Below, piece by piece: positions 11,901-23,879 of a stretch of 49,648 nucleotides of DNA. The translations under genes were made by a program, and so were the position numbers. The notes under the pieces were generated by a model. That model ran no database searches and was not told where the DNA came from. It saw nothing but the letters and a program-made list of their open reading frames with translations. The stretch is from positions 1 through 49,648 of the forward strand of contig QPMI01000323.1 in assembly GCA_004431415.1 (NCBI GenBank). Direction: 5' to 3'. Position 1 is the stretch's first letter; the number at the start of each line of letters is the position of its first letter. Origin of the DNA: Cyanophora paradoxa CCMP329. Its lineage: Eukaryota > Plantae > Glaucophyta.

Positions 11901-13503
11901 CGCCGCCATGCTCGAGTCCTTCGCCGGTGCGCCCGTTTCTTCGCAGGGGGCCCGCCCCCCGCGCCCCGCGCACCACGAGGCAGGCCGTATGAGATGGGCC
12001 GCAGTAGATGAGATTAGATCCGCACGGGGCCCGGGACGCACCGCGCTAGACTCGATCCACATCGATTGGCGGGAGCGGGGAGGCGGGGCGCGGGCCTCGG
12101 GGGGCCCCGCCCCGCCGACTCTGCTGACTGCTCGCGGCAGAGAACATCCGGCAGCGCTTCTACGCCGTGCGCCACAGGTGCCGCCTCCCCCTCCGCCCCT
12201 CCCCCATCTCCCGACCCGATTCCGCTTTGCAGCGACGTGGCGGCCTTTCTGGAGGCGTGGGCGCGCTACGACCCCGCCGCATCCGGCTCCATCTCCGTCG
12301 CCGTCCGCCTTCGCCGGCCCCTCCGCCCCGCCCTGGGGCCCCCTCGGCCGCGCTCAGGGGCGGGGCTGGCGGGGCAGGGCGCGCTGCCGGATCTGCTGCG
12401 GGACATCGGCAAGCCGCTCGGCATCTCCCCCAGCGCCCTCCCGCAGGTGCCGGCCCGGCCCCGCCGCCGCCTGCACGCGGGGGGCGCGTCAAGGCGGCCT
12501 CAGGACGTGCTGCTCTTCATCCGCTCCCTCCGCGTCCCGACCCTCGAGGGCCGCGTCCACGTGCGCCGCGCCCCGCCCACGCCCCCTCCACCAGCGCCCC
12601 CGCGCACCCCGCGTGCATCCGCCGGCTGGGGCCGGCGCGCGTCTGCCCTCGGGGCGCGCCGCCCGACGCCGGGGCCGGGGGCGCAGTTCCGGGTGCTGCT
12701 GCACGCGCTCATCGACCGCGCGTACGAGACGCGCCTCGTCCGCCCCGTGCCCCGCGTCTTCCGCGAGGTCCCCTCGCCCCCCGCCCCGAGCTCCAAGCAC
12801 CCTCGAGCTCGAGCTTAGATTCGGGCGGCCTACATCAAGCGCACGCCGGAGCTGAGGCGGCTGGCGGAGGCGGCGGCGGCGGGGCAGCGCATCGAGACGG
12901 TCGCCGAGCTCTACTCCGCCGCCCGCATCCAGGCCCGCCGCGGCCCCCCTCCCCGCTCTCCCCCCCACTGACTCGCCCTCGCGCTCCGGAGCAGGCGGCG
13001 TGGCGGGGCGCGATCATGCGGGCGCGGCTCTCGCAGGGGCGGCGGCGGCGGGGCTCGGGGGCGCACGCGAGGGCCCCCGCGGGGAGTCGCCGGGGGCGAC
13101 CGCGTCGGCCTCCGAGTCGACGTCGCTGGCGCCCCTGCGCCTCGCCCCGCCCGTCCTCGCCCCGCAGCCCCGCGCCGTGCGCCCCGCCCCGCCCCTCCCC
13201 GCGGCCCCGCGGCGGCGGCGCTGACGCGCGGCGCAGTCGCGGGGCTCGGCGGCCGAGCGGCGCACCTCCTCCCGCGCCTCCGACTCCGACGGCGACCCCG
13301 CGGCCGAGGCCGGCCCTGGCGGCGGCGGCGGGGCGGGCGGCGCGCCCCGGGGGCCCGCGGCGGCCCGCCCGGGCCCGGCCGCGCTGCCGCTGCTGCGCGG
13401 CGCGGTGCCGAAGTGGGGCGCGGAGGGCGCCCGCCCCGGGGAGCACGGGGGCGGGCGGCGGCCCTCGTGGGACCCCGTCCCCTTCCGCGGCATCGTCCTG
13501 TGA
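1751..13503 (+). CDS. Four-domain voltage-gated cation channel alpha subunit (Cav/Nav/NALCN superfamily), about 60 introns
   Basis: Four S4 segments after splicing: SIRVLRTLRTMK; FRLLRVVRLARR; LRALRALRPLRLLPR; RALRVLRLARTFRLFRR. Four pore loops: QCITQSSW, QVLTMDDW, ELAMLEGW, RMLTTEGW. S6 helices LVINLML, IVLNGLVAIL, LMMNLFIAAML. C-terminal EF-hand-like FLEAWARYDP and IQ motif AARIQAAWRG. Stop TGA at 13501-13503. Confidence 0.93.
5906..5948 (+). repeat. (CCG)n trinucleotide repeat, ~14 units, in the channel domain II-III linker region
   Basis: Uninterrupted ccg run at 5906-5948. Confidence 0.85.
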
Positions 13504-13684
13504 GCGGCGTGTCCGCTGGCCTACTCGCGCAGTGCTTAAAACCAATTTATAAATACAGTAACTCGAATACGTACAACCCTAAAGCGTAGCTAGACTGTCG
13601 AAACCGGATCTCGCTGCTGCGCCGAATCCTCCCCCCATTGCGGGTACAGGCGAGAAATACAAACCCGCGAACCGCGGCCGCGCC

Positions 13685-16600
13685 ATGTGGCCGGAGCATC
13701 AGGTCCGCTGGGCCAGGTTGCGCAGCATGCCGCCACTTGAACCGCTCTGCTCAGGTTCTGGTGCGCGTCCGGCCGCCCTTGCGGACCGAGCTCGACTCGC
13801 TGGGCAACGCGCCGCCCGAAGTGGTGAGAGTCGAGCGTGACTTCCGCACGACCGACACCGCACGGGTCATCACGGTTGCTCGGGACCCCGTGCTCTTCGC
13901 CAGCGAGCAGGCGCCGCCAGCGGATCGCTTCTTCGCGGCACGCTTCTCGTTCGACCGCGTCTTTGACACAACGGTGTGCTAGCTATGCCACGCACCGCGC
14001 GTTTCCGCGGCTCACGCTGGACCCCGGCGCAGACGAGGCAGAAGACCGTCTATGCAGAGGCCTGTCGCCCCGTGGTCGAGGCCCTCTGCCAGGGCCGCAG
14101 CGGCTGCGTCGTTGCCTTCGGCGGCATCGGCTGCGGACGTCACTACACGCTCCTCAGCGAGGCCGGGACGGTCGACAGCGAGCGCCGCGGCCTCGCCCCG
14201 CGCGCCGTCGAGCACATCCTCGATTGTGCGGGCGCAGCTTGAAATTCCCGCGTCCGTGCGTGGCCGGCTGGCTCACGCCGTGCGCAGACACGGAGCGGCT
14301 GAAGGGGCGGCGGCGTTGCGTGCTGCGGGCCTCGCTGGTGCGCGTGCAGGGCGAGCTGGTGGTCGACGCGGCGACGAACGCGGCGGTCAAAGTGCGGGAA
14401 GACGCCGTCGCCGGCGGCGTGCTCCTGCAGGGCGCCAGCGAGCACGTCATCGCCAGCCCCGACGACCTGCACGCCCTGCTCGCCCGCGGCCGCTCCGCCG
14501 CCGCGCCGGCCGGGGGCGGGCGGGCAGCGCCGGCGCGGCGCGCGCACGAAGTCCTCACGCTCACCCTCGAGCAGTGGGACGACGACGGTCCGCCGGGGCG
14601 GGCGCTCGCCGGTCTACCCCGCTCTCCTCGGCCCTGACGGGCCGCTGCAGGGATGGGCCAGGGAGGCGACGCGACGCCGCGCTCGAGCAGCGAGGGGCCG
14701 CGCACGCCGCGGCGGGCCGTGCACTGGGCGGGCCCGGGGGCGTGGCGAGCGGCGACGGCGCCGCGGGTGACGAGCCGGCTGCAGCTGGCGTGCCTCTCGC
14801 CGCCGGGGCGGGACGGGACGGGCGCCGAGCGCGCCTTCAACGCCCTCGCCTCCGTCCTCCTCGCCTCCCACCAGCGGCCCCCGGCCGCCCACGTCCCCTT
14901 CCGCGACTCCGCCCTCACCCGCCTCCTCCGCGACTGGTCCCCTCCCCGTCCCCTGCTTCCCCCGCTCTCGACCCTCGCTCACTCCGCCCGGCCGGCAGCG
15001 TGGGCCCGGGGACGGCGGTGGTGGCGGTGGCGGGGGTGTGCGGGGCGGCGGGGCGGCGGGAGGAGACGCTGGGGACGCTCAAGTACGCGGCGCTGCTGCG
15101 CCACGCCCTCTCCGGCCACTCCGCCGACGGCCGCCACCGCACTTCCCCGCCCTCCCACGCACGCCGCCCCGCACGCCCTCGCCCCTGCGGCCGCCGCGCC
15201 ACGCGGCGCTCGGCCCGCCGCAGCCCCTCTCGCCCCGCTCCGCCGGCACGCCGCGCTCCGCCGGGACGCCCCGCTCCTCGGCGACGCCGCCCCGCGTCTC
15301 CGTCACCCCACCCCGCGTCTCCGTGGGGACCTCCCCCCGGGCCCCCTCCGTGGCGGCTTCCGTGGCGAGCAGCCGGCGGGAGGCGCGCCGCGACTCGGAG
15401 CTCGCCAACGTGGCCCCCGTGCCCTCGCCGGTCCCCGTCCCCGCCCCGCCCCACCCCGAGGAGGAGGCCCCCGCGCGGGGCATGCGCGCCGCCCTCGCCG
15501 TGCGTCCTTTCCTCCGCCTCGCCCCGCCCCTCCTCCGCCGCACCCCGAAGACGCCGGGCCGCGCAGGAGGCGCGCGGGAGATCGCGCGGCTGCTGCAGGC
15601 GCGGCGGGCGGCGGCCAGTGGCGGGGCCGAGCTGCACGGCGGGCGCCACGCGGCACTGCTCGACGCCGGCCCCGCGCCGCCGCTCTCGGCACCGCCCTCG
15701 CAGGGGCCTCGCGGGGGTCTCCCCCGTGCGCCAGGTGCCGCCCCTGCACGTCGAGGCCGCCGCCGCCGCCGCCGAGCCGGTGGGGTACGACGACGCCTCC
15801 GACGACGGACTCACCGCCGCGCGCCTGCACGCCGCCGCCGAGCGCCTCGCCGCACCGCGCGCCCCCGCCGGCCCCCTCGCCGACGCCCCGCTCGCCGCCG
15901 CCCGCGAGGCCCTCGCCGCCGCGCGCGCCGACCTTCACGCCGCCCAGGCCGACGCCGAGCGGTGCGCCGCGCCGCGCCGCGGGCGGCGTGGGCGGCGCAG
16001 CTGACGGGCGGGGGGGCGGGCAGGGCGGGGAGGGAGCGGGAGGGGGCGACGCGGGAGGCGGAGGCGGCGCGGGAGGCGGCGGAGCGCTCGAAGGGCCTCG
16101 CGGAGGCGCACGCCGCCGCCGCGCAGCGCGCCGAGGCCGAGCTCTCCGCCCTCCGCGCCGAGGCCGCCGCCCGGCGCACCGAGGCCGAGGCGGCAGCCGC
16201 CGCCGCCGCGCGCCAGGGCGAGGAGCGCGGCCGCGAGCTGCGCGCCGCGCTCGAGGCGGCGTCGCGCCTGCGGGCGGAGGTGGCGGCCGCGCAGGAGGCG
16301 ATGGAGCGTGCGCGGGCCGGCGAGGAGCGGGCGGAGGAGCGGGCGGCGGCGGCGGAGCAGGAGGCGGCGGCGCTGCGGGAGGCGCACCGGGAGGCCGTGG
16401 AGCGCGCGATGGGCGCCGCCGCGGAGGAGGCGGCGGCCCGCTCGGCGTCGCGGGTGGCGGCGCTGGAGGAGGAGCTGCGGGCGGCGCGGGCGGAGCTGGC
16501 GGGGGCGCTGCGGGCCCGCCCGCCGTCCCCGTCGAGGACGGACCGCTCCTCCGCGAGGCGCGCGCCGCGGCGGACGAGGCGCGGGAGGCGGCCGCGCGCG

Positions 16601-19600
16601 CCGGGGCCGGGCAGCGGGCGGCCGAGGAGCGCCTGGGGCGGGCCCTGCGGGACGCCGAGGCGACGGCGGCCGCCCTGCGCGAGCTCCGCCGCGCCCTCGA
16701 CGCCGAGCAGGTGCTTCCCTGCCGCCCTGCGCCCCCAGGGCCCCCGCGCTGAGCCCGCCCCCCGCAGGCCGCCGCCGCCGGGCTCCGAGAGAAGCTGGAG
16801 AGCGCGGCGGCCGAGCGGCAGCGGGCACGCGACGCGGCGCGAGCGGAGGCGGCGGAGGCGGAGGCGGCACGCGCCGAGGCAGGCCGGGCGGCACGCGAGG
16901 CGGAGGCGGCGGGGCGGGAGCGCGAGCGGGCGCTGGAGAAGGCAGAGCGGGCGGCGCAGGCGGCGGAGCGGGCGGCGCAAGAGTCTGAGGCGCTGCGAGG
17001 GGAGCTGGCAGCGGCGAAGCGGGCGGCACGCGAGGCCGCGGAGCGGGCCACGCTGGCGGAAGCAGAGGCGGCGCGGCGCGCGGAGGAGGTGGAGCGGCTG
17101 CGGGCCGGCGCCGGCGAGGCGGAGCGCTGGCGCGCGGCGGCGGCGGAGGCGGAGCGCTGGCGCGCGGCGGCGGCGGAGGCGGAGCGGGAGGCGGCGGCGG
17201 TGCGGGCGTCGGGGGAGGCGGCGGGGCGGCAGGCGGCGGCCTCGGCGCGGGAACAAGTGGCGGCGCTCGCGGAGGAGGCGGCGGCGGCGGAGGCGGAGGC
17301 GGCGGAGGCGCGGGCGACGGCTAAGGAGGCGCTGGAGGCGCTCGAGGCGGCGCGGGCGGCGGCGCTGCTCGCCCAGGCGGCCGCCGAGGAGGGCCGCGAG
17401 GAGGCCGAGCGCGCCGCCGGCGAGGCCGCCGCCCTGCGCGCGCAGCTCCGCGCCGCCGAGCGCGACGTGCGTTCGATACCCTGCTTCGTGACAACCAAAG
17501 CCTCTAATCGCATCGGCTCTCTGATGGGGCGCCGTGCCCCCGCTGCGCGCCGCCTCACGCCGAGGGCAGTTCGCGGAGGCGATCCGGGCGGCGGAGGAGC
17601 AGTCGGGGGCGCGGAGGAGCTCGAGGCGGCGCTGGCGCGGCAGCGGGAGCAGCTGGCGGCGGAGGCGGCGGCGGCGCGCGCCGAGGCCGTCCGCGCGCGC
17701 GATGAGGCCGAGCTCGCCGGGCGCCACCGCGACCAGGCCAAGCAGGAGGCGCCCGCCTCGGGGCTCTCCGCGCCCGGGCCCCCGCTGATCGCGCGCGGCA
17801 GGCCTCGGCGGCGAGGGCGGAGGCGGCGGGGGCGCGCGCCGAGGCGAAGCAGGCGCTGGAGGCGCAGCGGGCGGCGGAGCGGGAGGCGGCAGCGCAGGAG
17901 CACGCGGCGGCGGCGGCGCGGGAGGCGCAGGGGCGGGCGGAGGAGGCGCGGGGGCGCTCGGAGGAGGGGCGCGCGCGGGCGGAGGAGCTGCGTGGGGTGG
18001 CGGAGGAGCAGCGGGCGCGCGTCGCCCGCGAGCTCCTCGAGCTCTCCGCCCACCTCAAGGCCCTCGAGGCGGCGGCGGCGGCCGACCGCGCCGCCCACGC
18101 CGCCGCCGAGCAGCGCCTCGCCGCCCTCGTCGCCCGCGAGGCCGAGGCCCGCCCGCCCCCCCCCACCCCCCCCCCCCACCCCCCCCCCCCCACCCCCCCC
18201 GCCCTCTTCCTCCCCTCCCCTGAGCCCCGTGACCGCAGCTGGACGAGGGGCAGGGCCGGCTGCGGCGCGAGGCGGCGGCGGCGCGGGAGGAGGCGGAGCG
18301 GGCGCGGGCACGGGTCGACGAGCTCGAGGCCGAGTGCGGGCGCCTGCGGGCGGCGGCGGCGGCGGCGGCGGCGGAGCGGGAGAGCGCGGCGGCGGAGGCG
18401 GCGCGCTCGGCGGCGGCTGGCGAGGCAGGGCTGGTGGCGCTGCGCGCGCAGGCCTCGTCGGCGCGGGAGGAGGCGGCAGCGGCCCGCGAGGAGCTCGCGC
18501 GCGCCGAGGGCCGCCTCCGCGCCGCCGCCGCCGACCGCTCGGCGCTCGAGGCGCGCCTCCGCACCGCCGACGAGGCGCTCGCGGCGGCGCGCTCGGAGGA
18601 GGGGGCGGGGCGAGCGGCGGCAGCCGGCGAGGCGGCGCGCGCGGCGGCGGCGCTGGAGCGGGCCGACGCGGAGGTCTCCCGCCTCGCCGCCGCCCTCGAG
18701 CGCGCCCAGGCGGCCGCGGCGCGCGAGCGGGCCCAGCTGGGCGAGCGCGTTGAGGCGGCCGAGGCGGCGGCGGCGCGCGAGCGCTCGGCGGCCGACGCGG
18801 CGCGGCGCGAGGCGCATGGGGCGCGGGAGGAGGCGGAGGGGGCGCGGGGCGAGGCGGAGCGGGCGGCGGAGGCGGCGGCGGCGGCGGCGGCGGAGGCGGA
18901 GCGGGCGGGGGACGAGCTGGAGGCGATGTCGGCGGCGCTCGCCGAGGCGCGCGCGGCGGCCGCGCGCGCGGAGGAGGAGGCGGAGCGGGCGCGGCGCGAG
19001 GCCGGCAAGGCCCGCTCGGCCGCGGGGCGCGAGGGGGAGGCGCGCGGGGAGCTGGAGCAGGAGACGGCGCGCCTGCGGGCCGAGCGGCTCGCCGCCGGCG
19101 AGGAGGCCGCCGCCCTGCGCGAGCAGCTCGCGCGGGCCCGCGCCGCCGTCGAGGAGGAGCGCGCCCGCGCCCGCGCGGAGGCGGCGCGCGCCGAGGAGGC
19201 CGACCAGCGGCGCGAGGCTGCCGAGGCGCGGGCCGCCGAGGCGGCGCGCGCGGCGCGCGAGGCCGATCAGAGGCGGGAGGCAGCGGAGAGCCGCGCGGCC
19301 GAGGCGGCGCGCGCGGCGCGCGAGGCGGAGGCGGCGGCGGCCGACATGGCGCGGGCCCGCGCCGCCGCCCGCGCCGCCGCTGAGCGTGCCGAGGTCTGTT
19401 TTCCCGGGCCCCACACGCTGCACATCAGCGTCCTTCCACCTGACCGGCCCGCCCGCGTGCAGGCGGATGCGGCGGAGGCGCGGCGGGCGGCGGGGCCGCG
19501 GCGGAGGAGGCGGCGGCGGAGGGCGCGCGGCTGCGCCGGGCGCTTGCAGAGCGGGAAGAGGCGCGCGGGGCGGCTGCCGACGCGGCGGCCGCCGCTGGGG

Positions 19601-22600
19601 CTGCGCGGCGGGAGACGGAGGCGGCGCGGGAGGAGGCGGAGGCGGCGCGGAGGGCGCGCGAGGCGGCGGCCTCGGAGCTCGCGGCAGCCCGCGCGGCGCG
19701 CCGCCCCGCCGACGTGCCCCGCCCGGCATCCCCGCTCCTGACGAGCACCCGCGCAGGAGCTCGAGGCCGCGCAGCGCGCGTCGGCGGCGTCGGGCGCGCA
19801 GCAGGCGGCGACGGCCTCGCGCGCTGCCGCCGAGCGGGACAAGGCGGCGGCGGAGGCGCAGCGGGCGGCGCGCGAGCGGGACGAGGCGTGCGCGGCCGTA
19901 GCCGCGCTCAGGGCCGAGCTCGAGGCGAGCCGCCCTCCCCCCGCCCCCTGCCCTCTTCCCCTGAGGCCCCGGGCAGGACGCGCGGGCGGAGGCGAGGCGG
20001 GCGCGGGAGGCGGCGGCGGCGGCTGCGCGGGCGGAGGAGGAGGAGGCGGGGCGGGCGCGGCGGCTTGCGCAGGACGTGCAGGCACGCTCGGCCGAGTGCG
20101 AGGCGGCGCAGGCGGCGGTGGCGGCGGCGCGGGGCGAGGCGGCGGCGCGGGAGGAGCGCTGGGAGCGGGAGCGCCGCGAGCTCGAGCGCCGCTGCGGCGA
20201 GGCCGCCCGCGCCGGCGACGACGCCACCGCCGCCCACGCCCGCCTCGCCGAGCGCGCCGCCGCCGCCGAGGCGGCGCTCGCCGCCGCGCGCTCCGCCGCC
20301 GCCGCGCGCGAGGAGGAGCGCGACCGCGCAGCGTGCGCCGGCCCGCGCCCGGACGGACGCAGCGGCGCTCGGCTGAGGGCGGGGGCGGGGCAGGGCGGAG
20401 GCGGCGGCGGCGCGGGGGCGGCGCGGGAGGAGGGCCAGCGGAGCGGGGCGCTGCGGGCGGAGCTGCGGGAGCTCGAGGCGGCGGCGCGGCGTCTCGAGGC
20501 GGAGCGCGCCGCCCTCGCCGAGCGCCTCGCCTCCCGCGAGGCCGTGCGCCGCCCCGCCCCCCGTCCCCCCGCCCCGCCCCAGCGACCCTCCCCGCGCCCC
20601 CAGGCCCTACGCGAGATGGAAGCGGAGGCCGGCCGCGCCGCGGGGCAGGTGCGGCCCCGCCGCCGGCGCCGCCCCGCTCGGGGCCCAGCTGAGGGGATGG
20701 GACCGGGGCGCGACAGGAGGCGGAGCTGGGGCGGCTCGCGGGGCGCCTGGAGGCCCTCCAGCGCCGCTGCGGGGACGCCGAGGAGGCCCACCGCGCCGCC
20801 GTCCGCCCCCTGCCCCGCGCACGCCCCGAGCCCGCCCCCCCCGAGTGCTTGCGCAGGCGGTCCGCTGCTCGGAGCTCGAGCGGGAGCGCGAGGCCTCGCG
20901 CGCCGCGGCCGCCGTCGCCGAGGCCGCCGCCGCCCGCGCCTCGGGCGAGGCCGCCGCCGCCCGCGAGGCCGTCGCGGGGGCCCGCGCCGAGGCGGAGGAG
21001 GCGCGCGCGGCCGCAGCCGTGCGTGCATCGTGGAAAAGCCCGACCGCGGGATCGCGCCCTGAGGCGGGCCCTCTGCAGGCGGCGCGGCAGGCGGCGGGGC
21101 GGGCGGAGGAAGGGCTGGAGGCGGCGCGCAAGGAGGCGGCGGCTGTGCGGGCGGAGCAGCGGCGCACCCACGAGGAGCTCCTCTCCGCGCAGCGGGAGCT
21201 CGCAGCGGCGCGGGCGGCCGCCGAGGAGCGGGCGAAGGCGGCGGAGGCGGCGGCGGCGGAGGCGGCGGAGCTGGAGGAGCGGTGCCGGGCGATGGCGGCG
21301 GAGGCGGCGCGGGGCGGGGAGGCCTCGGCCGCCCTCGCCGCCCGTGCCCTCCGCGTCCAGGCCGAGCTCGAGTCCCGTGCGCGCCGCCTCGCGCCCCCCG
21401 CCGCGCACAGCGTGCGAGGGGCGGGGCAGGGAGCGGGCAGGTGGAGCGGCTGCGGGCCGAGCTCGAGCGCCTCCAGGAGGAGGTGCGCGGCGCGGAGCCC
21501 GCCTCGCGAGAAGCCCCCGGGCCTTCCCCGGGGGACCGAGCGGGTTCGGGGCGGGGCCAGGTGTCGGAGCAGGCGGGGGAGCGGGCGGAGGCGCGGGAGC
21601 GGGCGGCGCGGCTCGAGGAGCAGGTCGCCGGCCTCGGCAACGAGCGCTCCCGCCTCTCCGGCCAGGTCCCCGCCCCCACGCCCTCCCCCCAGAGCCCGCC
21701 CCGCCCGCCGCACCGCCTGCCGCGGAGGAGGGGAGTTCCGCGTCTAGATGTCGCCTCTGTTGCGCACGCCAGGCGGCGCAAAAGTCGATCCACCTGTTAG
21801 ATGGCGCAGAGGGCAGTGGGATCTAAGACGGCGGGGGCGAGGCGGGGCGCTGGGCCCCGTCCCCCGCCCCGCGGGGACGCTGAGGGTGGGGCGGGGGCAG
21901 GTGGAGGCGCTGCGGGGGGAGCTGATCGCGGCGAACGAGGAGATCCTGCGACTCCACCGCCTCCTCCCCGAGGCCGCCGCCATGGGGCCCGACCTCCCCT
22001 CCCAGGCCCGCCCCCAGCAGCCCCGCCCCGCGCCCGCGCCCCACGCCTCAGCGCCCCGCCGCCGGCGCTGACGCGCCGCCGGGCGCGGGGCGCAGATCGA
22101 GGACCTGAAGAAGTCCATCGAGCTCCTCGCCGCGGACCGCCGCCGTGCGCCCGCCCGCACACCCCGCCCCCCGCCGGCACGCCCCCTCACCTCGCGCCTC
22201 CCCCCGCAGTGCCGGGGAACCAGGGGCCGGGCGGCCACGGGGACCCCGAGGCGGAGGCGGAGGCGGCGGGGGCCCTGCGGCGCGCCGTCGGCCAGCTCGC
22301 CGCCCTCCACGAGACCAACGAGAGCCTCGCCGGCAGGCGCGCCGCCTCGCTAGCCGGCGGCCCCATAGCATCCCCGCCCTGCCTAGAGGCTCCTCCTCCA
22401 GTTCCTTCCGCCAAGCCCACTCACCGCGTCGATGTCTCGTGATTCCGCTGACTCGTCGGGCTTCCCGCGCAGCCTTGCGGGGCTAGAGGCGGAGCTCGCG
22501 GCTCGGCGGCGCGCCTCCGCCCCCGGCGGCTCCGTCCCCGTGCGCCCCGTCGAATTCGGCCGCCCCTCTCGTCGGACGTCCCTGCGCTGCCTCTAACTTG

Positions 22601-22730
22601 AATCCGCTTCGGCCGGCAGGCGACGCCGACGGGGCCGCGGCGCAGCGGGGCGGGGCCCGGCACGCCCCACACGCCGGCGCTGCGCCCCACCGGCACCGCC
22701 GCGAGCCGCTTCAGCCCGCGGCACTCGTAG
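13685..22730 (+). CDS. Divergent kinesin-like protein with degenerate motor domain and very long Ala/Glu/Arg coiled coil
   Basis: Kinesin hallmarks VLVRVRP, FSFDRVFD, QKTVY..CRPVVEAL, HVPFRDSALTRLLRD and EETLGTLKYA in exons 13755-15100, followed by ~6.5 kb of coiled-coil exons. Stop TAG 22728-22730 is inferred; a few apparent 1-nt frameshifts. Confidence 0.8.
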
Positions 22731-23879
22731 CCCAGAGCCGCAGGCGCTGGATCAGCCGGCCTGCTCACCTCGCAGAGCTCTGCAGAAAGATTACAGTGCT
22801 AGTAACCATGGATCGCGTTATGCGACTCTTTCAAAGTTTGAGAAGAACCAATACAACCATGAATCAATGCAATCGGCAGCCTGGAACACTCCGGACTTCA
22901 GTGAAGCGCGTTTACTCTTGAGAAGAGAGCTTTCGAATTCGAGGTGATGTACAACGTTTTATGTTCGGATTCGTCCGACAGTCCTGAGTTTCTTTCCAAG
23001 CTCGGTTCCCTAAGCTTGATGAGCGCGCTTCAGCTTCGAATTCAATCTTGAGGCTTCGAATTTGCCAAATTTGCGCACCTTGCGGATTGCTCACTATAGC
23101 TATTTGCGAAATTCGCCGAGGGGCCGGGTTTGCTGCAAAAAAGCTTGAGCAGCCGCTGAGCTTCGAATTCGAATTATTGAAGCCTTGGAAGGCTGCCAGG
23201 GCTGCAACTAAACTAGGCCTCCTGGCAAGGCCCGCGGCCTCTTGCGTCTGCCAGCCTGAAACGTTCTATTTGCAACTGTCACAGTGTTTCACTGTGAGTC
23301 ATCATGACGTCGCCCATGAAATTAAACTTGAAATGTGCATCGAATGTCTTCGATTCGTGGCACTGCCAGGCTGCCAGGCTGCGGCACTTTAGTTACTGAG
23401 TCGCATCATGATCGTACCGGTAGCATGCAATTGCAAATCATTGAATCATTGAACTTTGGAGTGTCGAATTGGCCCCGCTAAGTACAGCTTCCGGACTTGC
23501 CGCAGCGCGCACTTCGCGCATCTTAGTATACGCGTAGGTTTTTTGGTGAGCTTCAATTTTAAAATTCCGGCCAGCTCTGGCAGCTGCAGTACTACTAGGG
23601 CTAATCTCTGAACACCAGCACAGCGGGGGTAAATTGAATACGGGTCTCAGTCTCTATCTATAGCTACAGCTCATATAGCTATAGCTAGCTATAGATCTAA
23701 GAATAGAGCGTGGGGGGTTGGTTTGGAGGCCCCGCCGGGCGGGGCATCGGCTCCTGCATGCGCAGCTTCAGGGCCTGTGGACCGCAGCCTTCTGCAGATC
23801 GGCTCAGCGACATTGCTTCTCTCAGCCATCGCCGCCAGGCGTGCCTGCTCGCAGCGAGCCCCGGGCCGGGGCTGCTCGG

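Noticed and set aside
17116-19330. 30-bp and ~63-bp tandem repeats in the kinesin tail
   Set aside because: In-frame coiled-coil expansions (EAERWRAAAA; EADQRREAAE); ordinary.
15120-19500. Apparent frameshifts in the kinesin (~15130, ~19495), also in the channel linker (~5890), as programmed frameshifting or editing
   Set aside because: They lie in or beside G/C runs or repeats and have no slippery-site signature; homopolymer assembly errors or unmodelled introns are more likely.
15303-21793. Very long minus-strand ORFs (1002 aa, 1412 aa) and many other Pro/Arg/Ala/Gly-rich ORFs
   Set aside because: Stop-codon scarcity at very high GC; they are antisense or off-frame shadows of spliced genes and show no motifs.
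22750-23700. Possible MITE from CTGCCAGGGCTGC repeats and TTCGAA palindromes
   Set aside because: No matching TIR pair or TSD could be established.
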